The notes below the pieces were generated by a model. That model was not told where the DNA came from, searched no databases, and worked only from the letters and a program-made list of their open reading frames with translations. Shown here piece after piece: positions 19,978 through 28,880 of a stretch of DNA of 64,000 bases (positions are counted from its first letter, which is position 1; the number at the start of each line of letters is the position of its first letter). The stretch is from Isoptericola halotolerans. Its GTDB lineage: Bacteria; Actinomycetota; Actinomycetes; Actinomycetales; Cellulomonadaceae. The stretch is taken from the NCBI RefSeq assembly GCF_013149785.1, contig NZ_JABEZU010000002.1, positions 620,001 through 684,000 on the forward strand, read 5' to 3'. The position numbers and the translations under genes were made by a program.

Positions 19978-22047
19978 GTGGTCGTGGCGGAGTCCGCGCG
20001 CGCCGTCGACCGGCCCCTCACCGGCGGGCCGCGGCACATCGTCGAGCTGCACGGGCTGCGCGGCCTGGCCCTGCTGCTCGTCGTCGTCTTCCACCTGTTC
20101 GGCGACGGCCGGGTCTCCGGCGGGGTCGACGTCTTCCTGATGGTCTCAGGGTTCCTCGTGACGACCGCGCTGGTGCGGCGGGCGGGCAGCGGGCGGCTGT
20201 CCCTGCGCGAGCGCTACGGCAGCTACGCCACGCGGCTCGTCCCTCCTGCGCTGGTGGTGCTGGTCTTCGTGGCGATCGCGGCCCGGACGGTGCTCCCTGC
20301 GGAGCAGGCGCTGCAGACCGGCCGAGAGATCGTGGCCTCGGCGCTGTACGTCGAGAACTGGGAGCTCATCGTCTCGCAGCTCACCTACGACGCGGCGGGA
20401 GCGGCGACGAGCCCCGTCCAGCACTTCTGGTCGCTGGCGGTCCAGGGCCAGTTCTTCCTCGTCTGGCCGGCCGTCGTCGTCGCGCTCGCGATGCTCGCCC
20501 GTCGACGCTCGCTGCGCCTCGAGCTCCTCGTGGCCCTCGTGGCGGGGGCAGGCACCGTGGCCTCGTTCCTGTGGGCTGCCCAGATGGTCGACAGAGACCA
20601 GCAGGTGGCCTACTTCCACTCGGCCGCCAGGTTCTGGGAGCTCGGTGCCGGTGCCCTGCTGGCGGTCGCCCTGCCGTACCTCGCGCTGCGCGGACCGGTG
20701 CGGGACGCGCTGGCGTGGGTCGGGCTGGTGATGGTGGTCGCCTCGGGCCTCCTCGTCGACGGCGCGACGCAGTACCCGGGCCCGTGGGCCCTCGTGCCCG
20801 TCGGTGGGGCCGTCCTCGTCGTCGTCGGCTCCGGCAGCGCGACCGGCCGCGGGCCGTCCATGGTGCTCGGGGCAGCGCCACTGAGGGGTGTCGCCCGGAT
20901 CTCCTACTCGTTGTACCTGTGGCACTGGCCGTTGCTGATCACCTACCTCGCGCTGCGTCAGCGGGACGCCGTCGGCTGGCGGGGGGCCGTGCTGGTGCTC
21001 GTCGCCTCGGTGCTGCTCGCCTGGGCGACGCACGGTCTCGTGGAGGAGCGTGGCAGAGCGCTGCTGGTCCGTCGCGGGACCGGGCGCGGGGGACTGACGG
21101 CAGCGGTCGCCACGTCCGTCCTGTGCCTGGTGGTCGGTGGAGCCGTGGCCGTGGTGGAGTCCCGCCAGAGCGCACACCTCGACCTGCTCGCCGAGCCGTC
21201 CCGCGACCACCCCGGCGCAGCGGTGCTGGCAGCGGGCTACACCGGGCCCGGCACGTGGACGGCGGCGCCGCGTCCGCAGCCGGAGATCGCGAGCCGGGAC
21301 GCGGCGCAGAGCAACGTCGACGGGTGCGCCGTGGACTCCGGTCCCGCAGAGGCCGAGGTCCGGGTGTGCCCGGTCGTCGAGCCGGCCCGCGCGACCCGCA
21401 CCGTGGTCCTGCTCGGCGCCTCGCACGTCGTCCAGTACGAGCCCGCCTTCGAGATGCTCGGTGCGGCGCACGGCTGGCGCGTGCTGACGGTCTCCAAGTC
21501 GGGGTGCCACTTCCAGCGGCCCGACGACGGCACGGAGGCCAGCTGTGCGACGTGGAACCGGGGTGCGCTCGACCGCGTCGTCGCGCTCGAACCCGACCTG
21601 GTGGTCGTCCTCGGGGCGGTCACGCGACGCGACGGCCCGGACCGGGTCCTGCCAGGGCACGTGGAGGCATGGCGAGACCTGGAGGCCGCCGGTCTGCGGG
21701 TGGCCACGCTGCGCGACAACCCGCGGTTCGAACGGTCCCCGACGATGTGCCTGCGGGACGACGGCCCGGACGCATCCTGCGGGAGGAGCCGCGACGAGGT
21801 GCTCGCTCCGCGCAACCCGGCGGAGCACGCCGACGGTGTCCCGGCGACGGTGGCCCACGTCGACCTGACGCGCTGGATCTGCGACGGCGCGCAGTGCCCT
21901 GCGGTCGTCGGCAACGTGCTCGTCTACCGGGACAAGGGCCATCTCTCGGCGACGTACGTCCGGTCGCTCGCGCCCTACCTCGACGAGCAGCTGCGCCGCG
22001 AGGTGCCGTGGCTCCACGCCGCCGGTGAGCAGGCCGTCGCACCGTAG
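19978..22047 (+). CDS. OafA/OatA-type O-acyltransferase (acyltransferase_3 + SGNH domain)
   Basis: LHGLRGLA, GVDVFLMVSGFL, HFWSLAVQGQF, RFWELGAG, ISYSLYLWHWP; C-terminal GASH and YRDKGHLS. Confidence 0.92.
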   Translation: MVVAESARAVDRPLTGGPRHIVELHGLRGLALLLVVVFHLFGDGRVSGGVDVFLMVSGFLVTTALVRRAGSGRLSLRERYGSYATRLVPPALVVLVFVAIAARTVLPAEQALQTGREIVASALYVENWELIVSQLTYDAAGAATSPVQHFWSLAVQGQFFLVWPAVVVALAMLARRRSLRLELLVALVAGAGTVASFLWAAQMVDRDQQVAYFHSAARFWELGAGALLAVALPYLALRGPVRDALAWVGLVMVVASGLLVDGATQYPGPWALVPVGGAVLVVVGSGSATGRGPSMVLGAAPLRGVARISYSLYLWHWPLLITYLALRQRDAVGWRGAVLVLVASVLLAWATHGLVEERGRALLVRRGTGRGGLTAAVATSVLCLVVGGAVAVVESRQSAHLDLLAEPSRDHPGAAVLAAGYTGPGTWTAAPRPQPEIASRDAAQSNVDGCAVDSGPAEAEVRVCPVVEPARATRTVVLLGASHVVQYEPAFEMLGAAHGWRVLTVSKSGCHFQRPDDGTEASCATWNRGALDRVVALEPDLVVVLGAVTRRDGPDRVLPGHVEAWRDLEAAGLRVATLRDNPRFERSPTMCLRDDGPDASCGRSRDEVLAPRNPAEHADGVPATVAHVDLTRWICDGAQCPAVVGNVLVYRDKGHLSATYVRSLAPYLDEQLRREVPWLHAAGEQAVAP

Positions 22048-22056
22048 GCTGGCCCG

Positions 22057-23493
22057 GTGACCGACCTGTCGAGCATCATCAAGGCCTACGACGTCCGTGG
22101 CGTGGTCCCCGACCAGCTCTCGCCCTCCGTGGCCCGGGCGATCGGCGTGGCGTTCGCCACCGCCGTCGTGCGGGCCGACGGCGCCACGCGCGTCGTCGTC
22201 GGGCACGACATGCGCGACTCCGGGCCCGCCCTGGTGGAGGCCTTCACCGAGGGCGTGACGGCGACCGGCGTCGACGTGGTGCGGATCGGCCTGTGCTCCA
22301 CCGACGGCCTGTACTTCGCCTCGGGCCGGCTCGACGCCCCCGGTGCGATGTTCACCGCGTCGCACAACCCCGCGCGCTACAACGGCCTCAAGCTCTGCCG
22401 CTCCGGCGCCCGGCCCGTGGGGCAGGACACCGGGCTGGCGCAGGTCCGGGAGCTGGCCGAGCAGATCCTCGACGGCGACGGCGTCGCGGCAGCCGACGCT
22501 CCGGGCCGGGTGAGCGACGTGGACCTGCTGGGCGAGTACGCGGCGTTCCTGCGGGACCTGGTGGACGTCTCGGACGTGCGGCCGCTGAAGGTCGTGGTCG
22601 ACGCGGGCAACGGCATGGCCGGTCTCACCGTCCCCGCCGTGCTCGGCACCGGCGCGGGCCTGCCCGCGCTGCCGCTCGACGTCGTCCCGCTCTACTTCGA
22701 GCTCGACGGGACCTTCCCGAACCACGAGGCGAACCCTCTCGAGCCCGCGAACCTCGTCGACCTGCAGGCCGCGGTCGTCGCCCACGAGGCGGACCTCGGT
22801 CTCGCCTTCGACGGCGACGCCGACCGCTGCTTCGTGGTGGACGAGCGCGGAGGGGCGGTCTCGCCGTCCGCGATCACGGCGCTGGTCGGCATGCGCGAGG
22901 CCGCCCGCGAGCAGGCCGCCGGACGCACCCCGACGATCATCCACAACCTCATCACGTCGCGTGCCGTCCCCGACCTGCTCGGGTCGGGCGCCACGCGCCT
23001 GGTGCGCACGCGGGTGGGACACTCGTTCATCAAGCAGTCCATGGCCGAGCACGACGCGGTGTTCGGCGGGGAGCACTCGGCGCACTACTACTTCCGGGAC
23101 TTCTGGTTCGCCGACACCGGGATGCTCGCGGCGCTGCACGTGCTCGCCGCCCTGGGCGAGCAGGCCCACCCGCTGTCGGCGCTGGCCGAGATGTACACGC
23201 CGTACAGCGCCTCCGGGGAGATCAACACGGCGCTCGGCCCGGGCGCCGACGTCACCGCCGTCGTCGACCGTGTGCGGGACGCCTACGTCCGGGCCTACCC
23301 GGACGCGGTCGTGGACTCGCTCGACGGCATGACGATCGCCCACTGGGACGGGATGCACCCGCAGTGGTGGTTCAACCTGCGGGCGTCCAACACCGAGCCG
23401 CTGCTGCGCCTCAACGTCGAGGCGGCCGACGAGGACATCATGATCAAGGTGCGCGACGACGTCCTGTCGCTCGTGCGGGAGGAGAAGGCATGA
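22057..23493 (+). CDS. manB: Phosphomannomutase/phosphoglucomutase
   Basis: KAYDVRG, MFTASHNP, FDGDADR, GGEHSAH, RASNTEPLLRLNVE. Confidence 0.95.
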   Translation: MTDLSSIIKAYDVRGVVPDQLSPSVARAIGVAFATAVVRADGATRVVVGHDMRDSGPALVEAFTEGVTATGVDVVRIGLCSTDGLYFASGRLDAPGAMFTASHNPARYNGLKLCRSGARPVGQDTGLAQVRELAEQILDGDGVAAADAPGRVSDVDLLGEYAAFLRDLVDVSDVRPLKVVVDAGNGMAGLTVPAVLGTGAGLPALPLDVVPLYFELDGTFPNHEANPLEPANLVDLQAAVVAHEADLGLAFDGDADRCFVVDERGGAVSPSAITALVGMREAAREQAAGRTPTIIHNLITSRAVPDLLGSGATRLVRTRVGHSFIKQSMAEHDAVFGGEHSAHYYFRDFWFADTGMLAALHVLAALGEQAHPLSALAEMYTPYSASGEINTALGPGADVTAVVDRVRDAYVRAYPDAVVDSLDGMTIAHWDGMHPQWWFNLRASNTEPLLRLNVEAADEDIMIKVRDDVLSLVREEKA

Positions 23494-23690
23494 CCACCGA
23501 CCACACCCCCTGGATCGACCCCTGGGTCCGCTCCGTGCTGCGGTGCCCCGTGACCGGCGCCGAGCTCGTCGACGCGCACGGTCCGGACGGTGAGCCCGAG
23601 CTCCGCTCGACCGACCCCGAGCGGCCGCTCGCCTACCCGGTGCGGGACGGCATCCCGGTGCTCCTGGAGTCGGAGGCGCGGGCGGTCTGA
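23490..23690 (+). CDS. Trm112-like small protein
   Basis: 66 aa; VLRCPVTGAEL...LAYPVRDGIPVLLESEA; ATGA overlap with manB. Confidence 0.85.
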   Translation: MTTDHTPWIDPWVRSVLRCPVTGAELVDAHGPDGEPELRSTDPERPLAYPVRDGIPVLLESEARAV

Positions 23691-23695
23691 TATCG

Positions 23696-23739
23696 CTCGA
23701 ATGAACTGGCGGTGAATAGATGTCCGCCGCGGAGTGAAC
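23696..23739 (-). promoter_or_regulatory. PHO-box-like 11-nt repeats upstream of the GT29 operon
   Basis: Minus strand reads GTTCACTCCGC / non-matching unit / ATTCACCGCCA / GTTCATTCGAG; TACGAT -10 candidate at 23786-23791 (+). Confidence 0.55.
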
Positions 23740-23829
23740 ATCTGTCCAGCGGCTCTTTTTCGCCAGAATGCGTCTTTGCTCTCGCTACGATTCCTCGGGT
23801 CAGCAGGTGTCTGAGGGAAGTTGAGATCG

Positions 23830-25203
23830 ATGAGCCGGACGGTGTCGGTGGCCAAGCAGAGATTGCGCGGCGCCGCGATGGAGCGGTTGCGAGGAGGGCC
23901 ACGGACCCGGCGTCAGAACGTCGAGCTCTCGGTCCTCGTCGCCGAGCTGGGTGAGCTCGCCTCGGTCCTGTCGGCGAGCGCCGCGTGGCGGGACGTCCAG
24001 CTCGTCCGCGCCGTCGTCGACCTCCAGGCCGCGCTGGCGGCCGACCGGACCGACGAGGACGTGGCCGTGGACCTCGCCCTCGGCAGGCGGTCCTGGCACG
24101 CACGCCCCTCGCAGGCGTGGGAGGCCCTGCTGCTGGTCGCCCGTCGCGCACGAGCCGGCGAGCCCGACCTGGCGGCCCGTGCGGCCGCGCTCCTGCTGGC
24201 AGCCCGCCCCGACGACCCCGACGCCACGGCGGTCTCCCAGGAGTCGCTGCGGGCGCTGCAGGCCCGTGGGGACCAGTCGTGGCGCAAGCGCGCCGCGCGG
24301 CGGTCTGCCGACGACGCCGTCGCCGCGACGCTCGCGGCGCTCACCGTGCCGGGCGCGCCCGGTACGGGATGGTTCGGTGTCGAGGAGTCGCTGCGTGAGG
24401 GGACCGACCTCGCGGAGGCCGCCGCCCACGAGCTGCGGCAGGCCTACCTGGGCGACCCGTCGGCCGCCCGCCCCTACCTGCCGGCGCTGCGGGCCACGGT
24501 CGCCCGGGGCCTGGCGAACGACCTCCCGCTCGCCCGCACGCGGGAGATCTTGGCCGCCACGGCCGAGGAGTTCTCCGCCAAGGCGCGACCGGAGCTGGTC
24601 GATATCGACACGGTGAACATCTCCGGGCTGCGCGACGAGCTCGCCGGCAGGTCGGTCTGTCTCGTCGCGAACTCTGCCGTCCTGCTCGAGCACGAGCTCG
24701 GTGCGCAGATCGACACCTATGACGTCGTGGTGCGATTCAACTCCTTCGCGATCGACCCGGTCCGCACCGGTGAGAAGACGGACGTGCACGCGACGATCCA
24801 CCTGCACGACTTCAACTGGGACGTCCCCGTCGACGTCCGGCTCGTGTTCGGAGGGGCCCCGGCAGCGTGGGCCGAGAACGTGCGCGGCTTCGTGCACCCG
24901 GGCGCGCAGCGGCTGCTCGGTGACGAGTCGCTGCGATGGCCCCGGCGCTCCCTGCTCGGACCGGCGCTGCGCGAGCGCTGCACGGTCCCCACGACCGGGT
25001 TCAACATGCTGCTGCTGCTCGACTACCTCGACGTCAGCACCCGGATCGACCTCTTCGGCTTCGACTTCCACTCCGGGGCCCCCTACCGCCGTGACGACGC
25101 CATGCACCTCCCGATCGCGGAGGCCCACTCCTACGAGGTGGAGCGTGAGTGGGTCGCCGAGCGAACCGTCGCGACCGCCCCGGGAAGGATCTCCCTGCGA
25201 TGA
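23830..25203 (+). CDS. Protein with C-terminal GT29 (sialyltransferase-like) domain
   Basis: Sialylmotif-L-like SVCLVANSAVLLEHELGAQIDTYDVVVRFN...TGEKT; S-like PTTG...IDLFGF; VS-like HSYEVE. Start uncertain (23821/23830/23848). Confidence 0.78.
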   Translation: MSRTVSVAKQRLRGAAMERLRGGPRTRRQNVELSVLVAELGELASVLSASAAWRDVQLVRAVVDLQAALAADRTDEDVAVDLALGRRSWHARPSQAWEALLLVARRARAGEPDLAARAAALLLAARPDDPDATAVSQESLRALQARGDQSWRKRAARRSADDAVAATLAALTVPGAPGTGWFGVEESLREGTDLAEAAAHELRQAYLGDPSAARPYLPALRATVARGLANDLPLARTREILAATAEEFSAKARPELVDIDTVNISGLRDELAGRSVCLVANSAVLLEHELGAQIDTYDVVVRFNSFAIDPVRTGEKTDVHATIHLHDFNWDVPVDVRLVFGGAPAAWAENVRGFVHPGAQRLLGDESLRWPRRSLLGPALRERCTVPTTGFNMLLLLDYLDVSTRIDLFGFDFHSGAPYRRDDAMHLPIAEAHSYEVEREWVAERTVATAPGRISLR

Positions 25204-27557
25204 CCACGAACACCGGACGACGCGCCTACGTCTCGTTCGTCGACGACAACTACTTCGTGGGGTTCGTCGCGCTGCTCAAGAGCCTGCACCTGACGGAGCC
25301 GGGCACCACCGCCGACCTGGTGGTGCTGCACGACGGGCTCGACCCGACGAACGTGGCTCGCCTGCGGGTGCTGCGGCCCGACGTACGGTTCGTCCGTATC
25401 GACCCCGCGCCGTACGAGAGGTACCGCAAGGGCGACGACGCGAACTATCTGTACACCAAGGCGTACTACATCCTCGACGCGTTCCGGCTGCGCGACTACG
25501 ACCGGGTCGTGACGCTGGACACCGACATGATCGTGACCGGCCCGATCGAGGAGCTCTTCGACCATCCTGCGGCGTTCGCCGCCGTGCCACAGCTCTTCGA
25601 CTCCGACGACGGCCGCAAGCTCAACAGCGGACTGCTGGTCTTCGGCCGCGAGCACATGAGCGACGAGTTCGTCGCACGGCTCGACGAGATCGGCGAGTCC
25701 GGGCGGTACGAGCTCGAGCGGCACGACCAGGGGGTGCTCACCGCCGCGCTGGACGGCGACTACACGCCTCTGGACAGGATCTTCAACTGGGTCAAGCGCG
25801 CGACGAGACCGGGCGGCGCACCGCCGGCCGACGCCCGCATCATCCACTACACGGGCCGGTTCAAGCCCTGGACCGGGGGCGAGCAGGGCTACGCGCAGCT
25901 GGAGAGCGTCTGGCACCGGTACGCCGTCTCGGACGCGGCGTTCTTCTGCCGGTTCGTCGAGGCCGCCCGTGCGCACGCCGCTGCCGGCGGGACCGTGCAC
26001 GAGGAGCTCGTCGCCTACTGCGCGGACCAGGTGACCGACCTGCCCGCGGAGCTCGTGGCCGGGCTCCAGCAGGAGGACCTGCCGGTCAAGGCGCTCATGC
26101 AGACGGCGGGCGAGCTGTCGGCCCAGGGCGACTTCGCCGCGGCCGTCGCGGTGCGCCGTCTGGTCGCCGCGCAGCTCGGCAGGGTCGACCAGGGGCTGCG
26201 CCACGCCGCGGACCTGCGAGCCGTCGGGCGGTACGACGACGCCATGGCCGTCGCCGGCCTCGCGGCCCTCGACGGGGACGCGGCCGACGGCCGGTACTTC
26301 CAGGGCGAGACGGCCTGGGTGCGGGGCGACGTCGAGGCCGCCGCCGCGTACGTCGACGACGCCCTCGCACGCCAGCCCGTGCACGCCAAGGCGCGTTCCT
26401 TGCGGCGCCGCCTCGCGTGGCCCAGCCCTGACGCCCGGGTCGAGTCGACCCTGACCGAGGGTGGGCTCCGCCTCTCCCACGCTGCCTTCTACGTGGACGA
26501 GCTCGGGAACTTCGGGGACGAGCTCCTGCCGGTCGCCGTCCGCGAGAGCGTCGCCGCGCTGCGACCGGTCGAGTCCTGGACGGGCGTGCACGTGCACCAG
26601 GTCTTCGACGGGGAGGTCGTCGACCGGGTCAACGCCACCGACGCGCTGCTCGTCGGAGGGGGTGGGCTCTTCCTGCCGGACACGATGCCCAACGCCCACA
26701 GCGGGTGGCAGTGGAACGTGCCCGACGAGAGCCTCCGCCGGTTGAGGGTGCCGCTGGCGCTGACGGCGGTCGGCTACAACCTCTTCGACGGCCAGCAGAT
26801 CCACGGCAGCAGGTTCGCCGAGTCCTTGCGGCAGACGGTCGACACCGCGGCGCTGGTCGGGCTGCGCAACCACGGGTCGATCGACAGGGTGCGGTCGATC
26901 CTCCCGGCGGACCTCGCCGAGAAGGTCGTCTACATGCCGTGCCCGACGACGTTCCTGGGCCTGCTCGACCACGGCCCGGCTGCCCGGGTCCGACGTCGCA
27001 CGGAGGCCCAGGCGGCCCCGGTGGTCTATCTCAACATCGCCTACGACCGGTCGTCGTTGCGGTTCAAGGACGACTACCCGGCCTTCCTGGCGGCGATCGA
27101 CACGTTCGTGCGCGCCGTGCGGGACACGGCAGACGTCCGGGTGGCTGCTCACACCGTGGGGGACGAGAAGGTGGCGCACGACCTCTACGCCCACCACGGC
27201 ACCCGGATCCCGGTGGACGCCTTCTTCCGGATGGGTGTCGGGCGCGCGGTCCAGGCCTACGCGGACGCAGCCGTCGTCGTCGGTATGCGCGGCCACGCGG
27301 GCATGATCCCCTTCGGCGTCGGGACGCCGATCGTCTCCCTGGTGTCGCACCCCAAGCTCCGCTACTTCCTGGAGGATGTCCAGCACCCCGAGTGGGGTCT
27401 GGACATCCGCGAGCCGGACCTCGCCGAGCGCCTGGTGGAGCTGGTGAGTGACGTCGTCGGTGACCAGGAGCGGTACCGCGCACAGGTCGCGGCGGCCCGG
27501 GAGACGCTGCGCGACGGCTACGACGAGGCGCTCGGCAAGCTGCTCGCCCTGCTCTGA
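25200..27557 (+). CDS. GT8 + TPR-like + polysaccharide pyruvyltransferase-like fusion
   Basis: GT8 motifs DDNY, LDTDMIV, NSGLLV, DQGVL, IIHYTGRFKPW; helical linker; C-domain GNFGDELL, VGGGGLF, LRNHGS, GMRGHA. Confidence 0.82.
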   Translation: MTTNTGRRAYVSFVDDNYFVGFVALLKSLHLTEPGTTADLVVLHDGLDPTNVARLRVLRPDVRFVRIDPAPYERYRKGDDANYLYTKAYYILDAFRLRDYDRVVTLDTDMIVTGPIEELFDHPAAFAAVPQLFDSDDGRKLNSGLLVFGREHMSDEFVARLDEIGESGRYELERHDQGVLTAALDGDYTPLDRIFNWVKRATRPGGAPPADARIIHYTGRFKPWTGGEQGYAQLESVWHRYAVSDAAFFCRFVEAARAHAAAGGTVHEELVAYCADQVTDLPAELVAGLQQEDLPVKALMQTAGELSAQGDFAAAVAVRRLVAAQLGRVDQGLRHAADLRAVGRYDDAMAVAGLAALDGDAADGRYFQGETAWVRGDVEAAAAYVDDALARQPVHAKARSLRRRLAWPSPDARVESTLTEGGLRLSHAAFYVDELGNFGDELLPVAVRESVAALRPVESWTGVHVHQVFDGEVVDRVNATDALLVGGGGLFLPDTMPNAHSGWQWNVPDESLRRLRVPLALTAVGYNLFDGQQIHGSRFAESLRQTVDTAALVGLRNHGSIDRVRSILPADLAEKVVYMPCPTTFLGLLDHGPAARVRRRTEAQAAPVVYLNIAYDRSSLRFKDDYPAFLAAIDTFVRAVRDTADVRVAAHTVGDEKVAHDLYAHHGTRIPVDAFFRMGVGRAVQAYADAAVVVGMRGHAGMIPFGVGTPIVSLVSHPKLRYFLEDVQHPEWGLDIREPDLAERLVELVSDVVGDQERYRAQVAAARETLRDGYDEALGKLLALL

Positions 27558-27576
27558 GCGGGGGCGGCCGGCGCGT

Positions 27577-28782
27577 TCAGGCGAGCAGCTCCGCGAGTCC
27601 TCGGGCCACCGTGGCGCCGTTGGTGCGCGCGCTGTGGCGCACCTGCTGGCGTGGTGCCCGGCGGCCCGCGACGTCGCCGACGGCGAGGGTCAGCGCCTCG
27701 GCCTGGGCCCGGCCACCGGTGAAGAACGGCTGCTCGTCGGCCCGCCACCCGCTGTCGACGACGTCGAGCAGCGACCGGGTCTTGTGGGAGTTGGACGCCA
27801 TGAGCAGGAACGGCGTGCCACCGAGCGAGGCCAGGATGCTGGGGTGGTACCGGCCCGAGATCATCGCGGCGGCGTGCCAGAGCAGCAGGGACGCCGCCGC
27901 GAGCGGCACCCGAGGGTCGACCTGGTGCACGTCCAGGCCGGTCAGCGACTCGGCGAGCTTGCGGTCCGGGGTGTCCGAGCCGGCGAACACCAGGTGGGTC
28001 CCGTCAGCACGCAGGCGTTCACCGAGCGGGGCGACGGTCGCGCGGAAGTCGTCCGTGTCGACGCCGGCGAGGGACGTCCCGGACAGGACGACGTACGGGT
28101 CGCCGTCCGCGAGCATCCGGTGAACCGCCAGGGGCAGGCCTTCTGCGACGGGGGAGAACCCGACGCGGTCCGCGAGCCGGTCGGCGTGGGGTGCCCAGGC
28201 GAAGAGCGCATCCGGCAACCACGAGGCCGAGATCTCGGGGTAGAGCTCGCCGTGCAGCGCCAGGCTGGCGGGGTCGCGGTAGCAGACCGCGTCGCACCGG
28301 GCGAGCGTGCGCCCCACCTCCTCGCGGGCGAGCGCGTGGGCGTCCGACCGGCCCCCGGCGTAGGACAGGATGCTGTTCACCAGGAACACGGGCTTGCCGA
28401 GCAGCTTCGCCGCCCGCATCATCGCCATCGTCCGCACGAGGGTCAGGCGCTCGGTGAGGATGAAGTCTCCCTCGCCGTTCACGACCAGCTCGTCGGCCGC
28501 GGTGAGGGCGTCATGGATCTCCGCGAGCTTCGTCGTCGCCGGTCGGGGGGCAGCGATCTCGACCGCCAGGTCGTCGACCAGCTCGAACACGCTGCGGCCG
28601 TCCGTGCGGACGTCGATGTCGCAGAGCTGGCCCAGGATGTGCGGCGCGCCGATCGTGGAGACGATGCTGCGCCCGGCGTGCTGCTCGAGGATCTCCGCGA
28701 GCGCCAGGCTCGTCGACCGCCCTCCCCAGTTCAGCCGGGTCTGTGCCTCGTGCATCCGCAGCACGCACGTGCGACGCCTCAC
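27577..28782 (-). CDS. Polysaccharide pyruvyltransferase-family protein
   Basis: NWGG, LVVNGEG, CYRDPAS, PDALF, ISGRYHPSILASLGGTP. Confidence 0.75.
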   Translation of the reverse strand: MRRRTCVLRMHEAQTRLNWGGRSTSLALAEILEQHAGRSIVSTIGAPHILGQLCDIDVRTDGRSVFELVDDLAVEIAAPRPATTKLAEIHDALTAADELVVNGEGDFILTERLTLVRTMAMMRAAKLLGKPVFLVNSILSYAGGRSDAHALAREEVGRTLARCDAVCYRDPASLALHGELYPEISASWLPDALFAWAPHADRLADRVGFSPVAEGLPLAVHRMLADGDPYVVLSGTSLAGVDTDDFRATVAPLGERLRADGTHLVFAGSDTPDRKLAESLTGLDVHQVDPRVPLAAASLLLWHAAAMISGRYHPSILASLGGTPFLLMASNSHKTRSLLDVVDSGWRADEQPFFTGGRAQAEALTLAVGDVAGRRAPRQQVRHSARTNGATVARGLAELLA

Positions 28783-28857
28783 CTGGTTGCCTCCTCGTCG
28801 GACCGTCTCGTGACTGTCCGGCCACGTTAGTCCGGCGAGGAGCTCCGTCCGTCGCGG

Positions 28858-28879
28858 CAGCGATGAACGTCAGGTGAAC
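28858..28879 (-). promoter_or_regulatory. PHO-box-like tandem
   Basis: Minus strand GTTCACCTGAC / GTTCATCGCTG; TAACGT -10 candidate at 28824-28829, upstream of the gene starting at 28782. Confidence 0.65.
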
Positions 28880-28880
28880 G

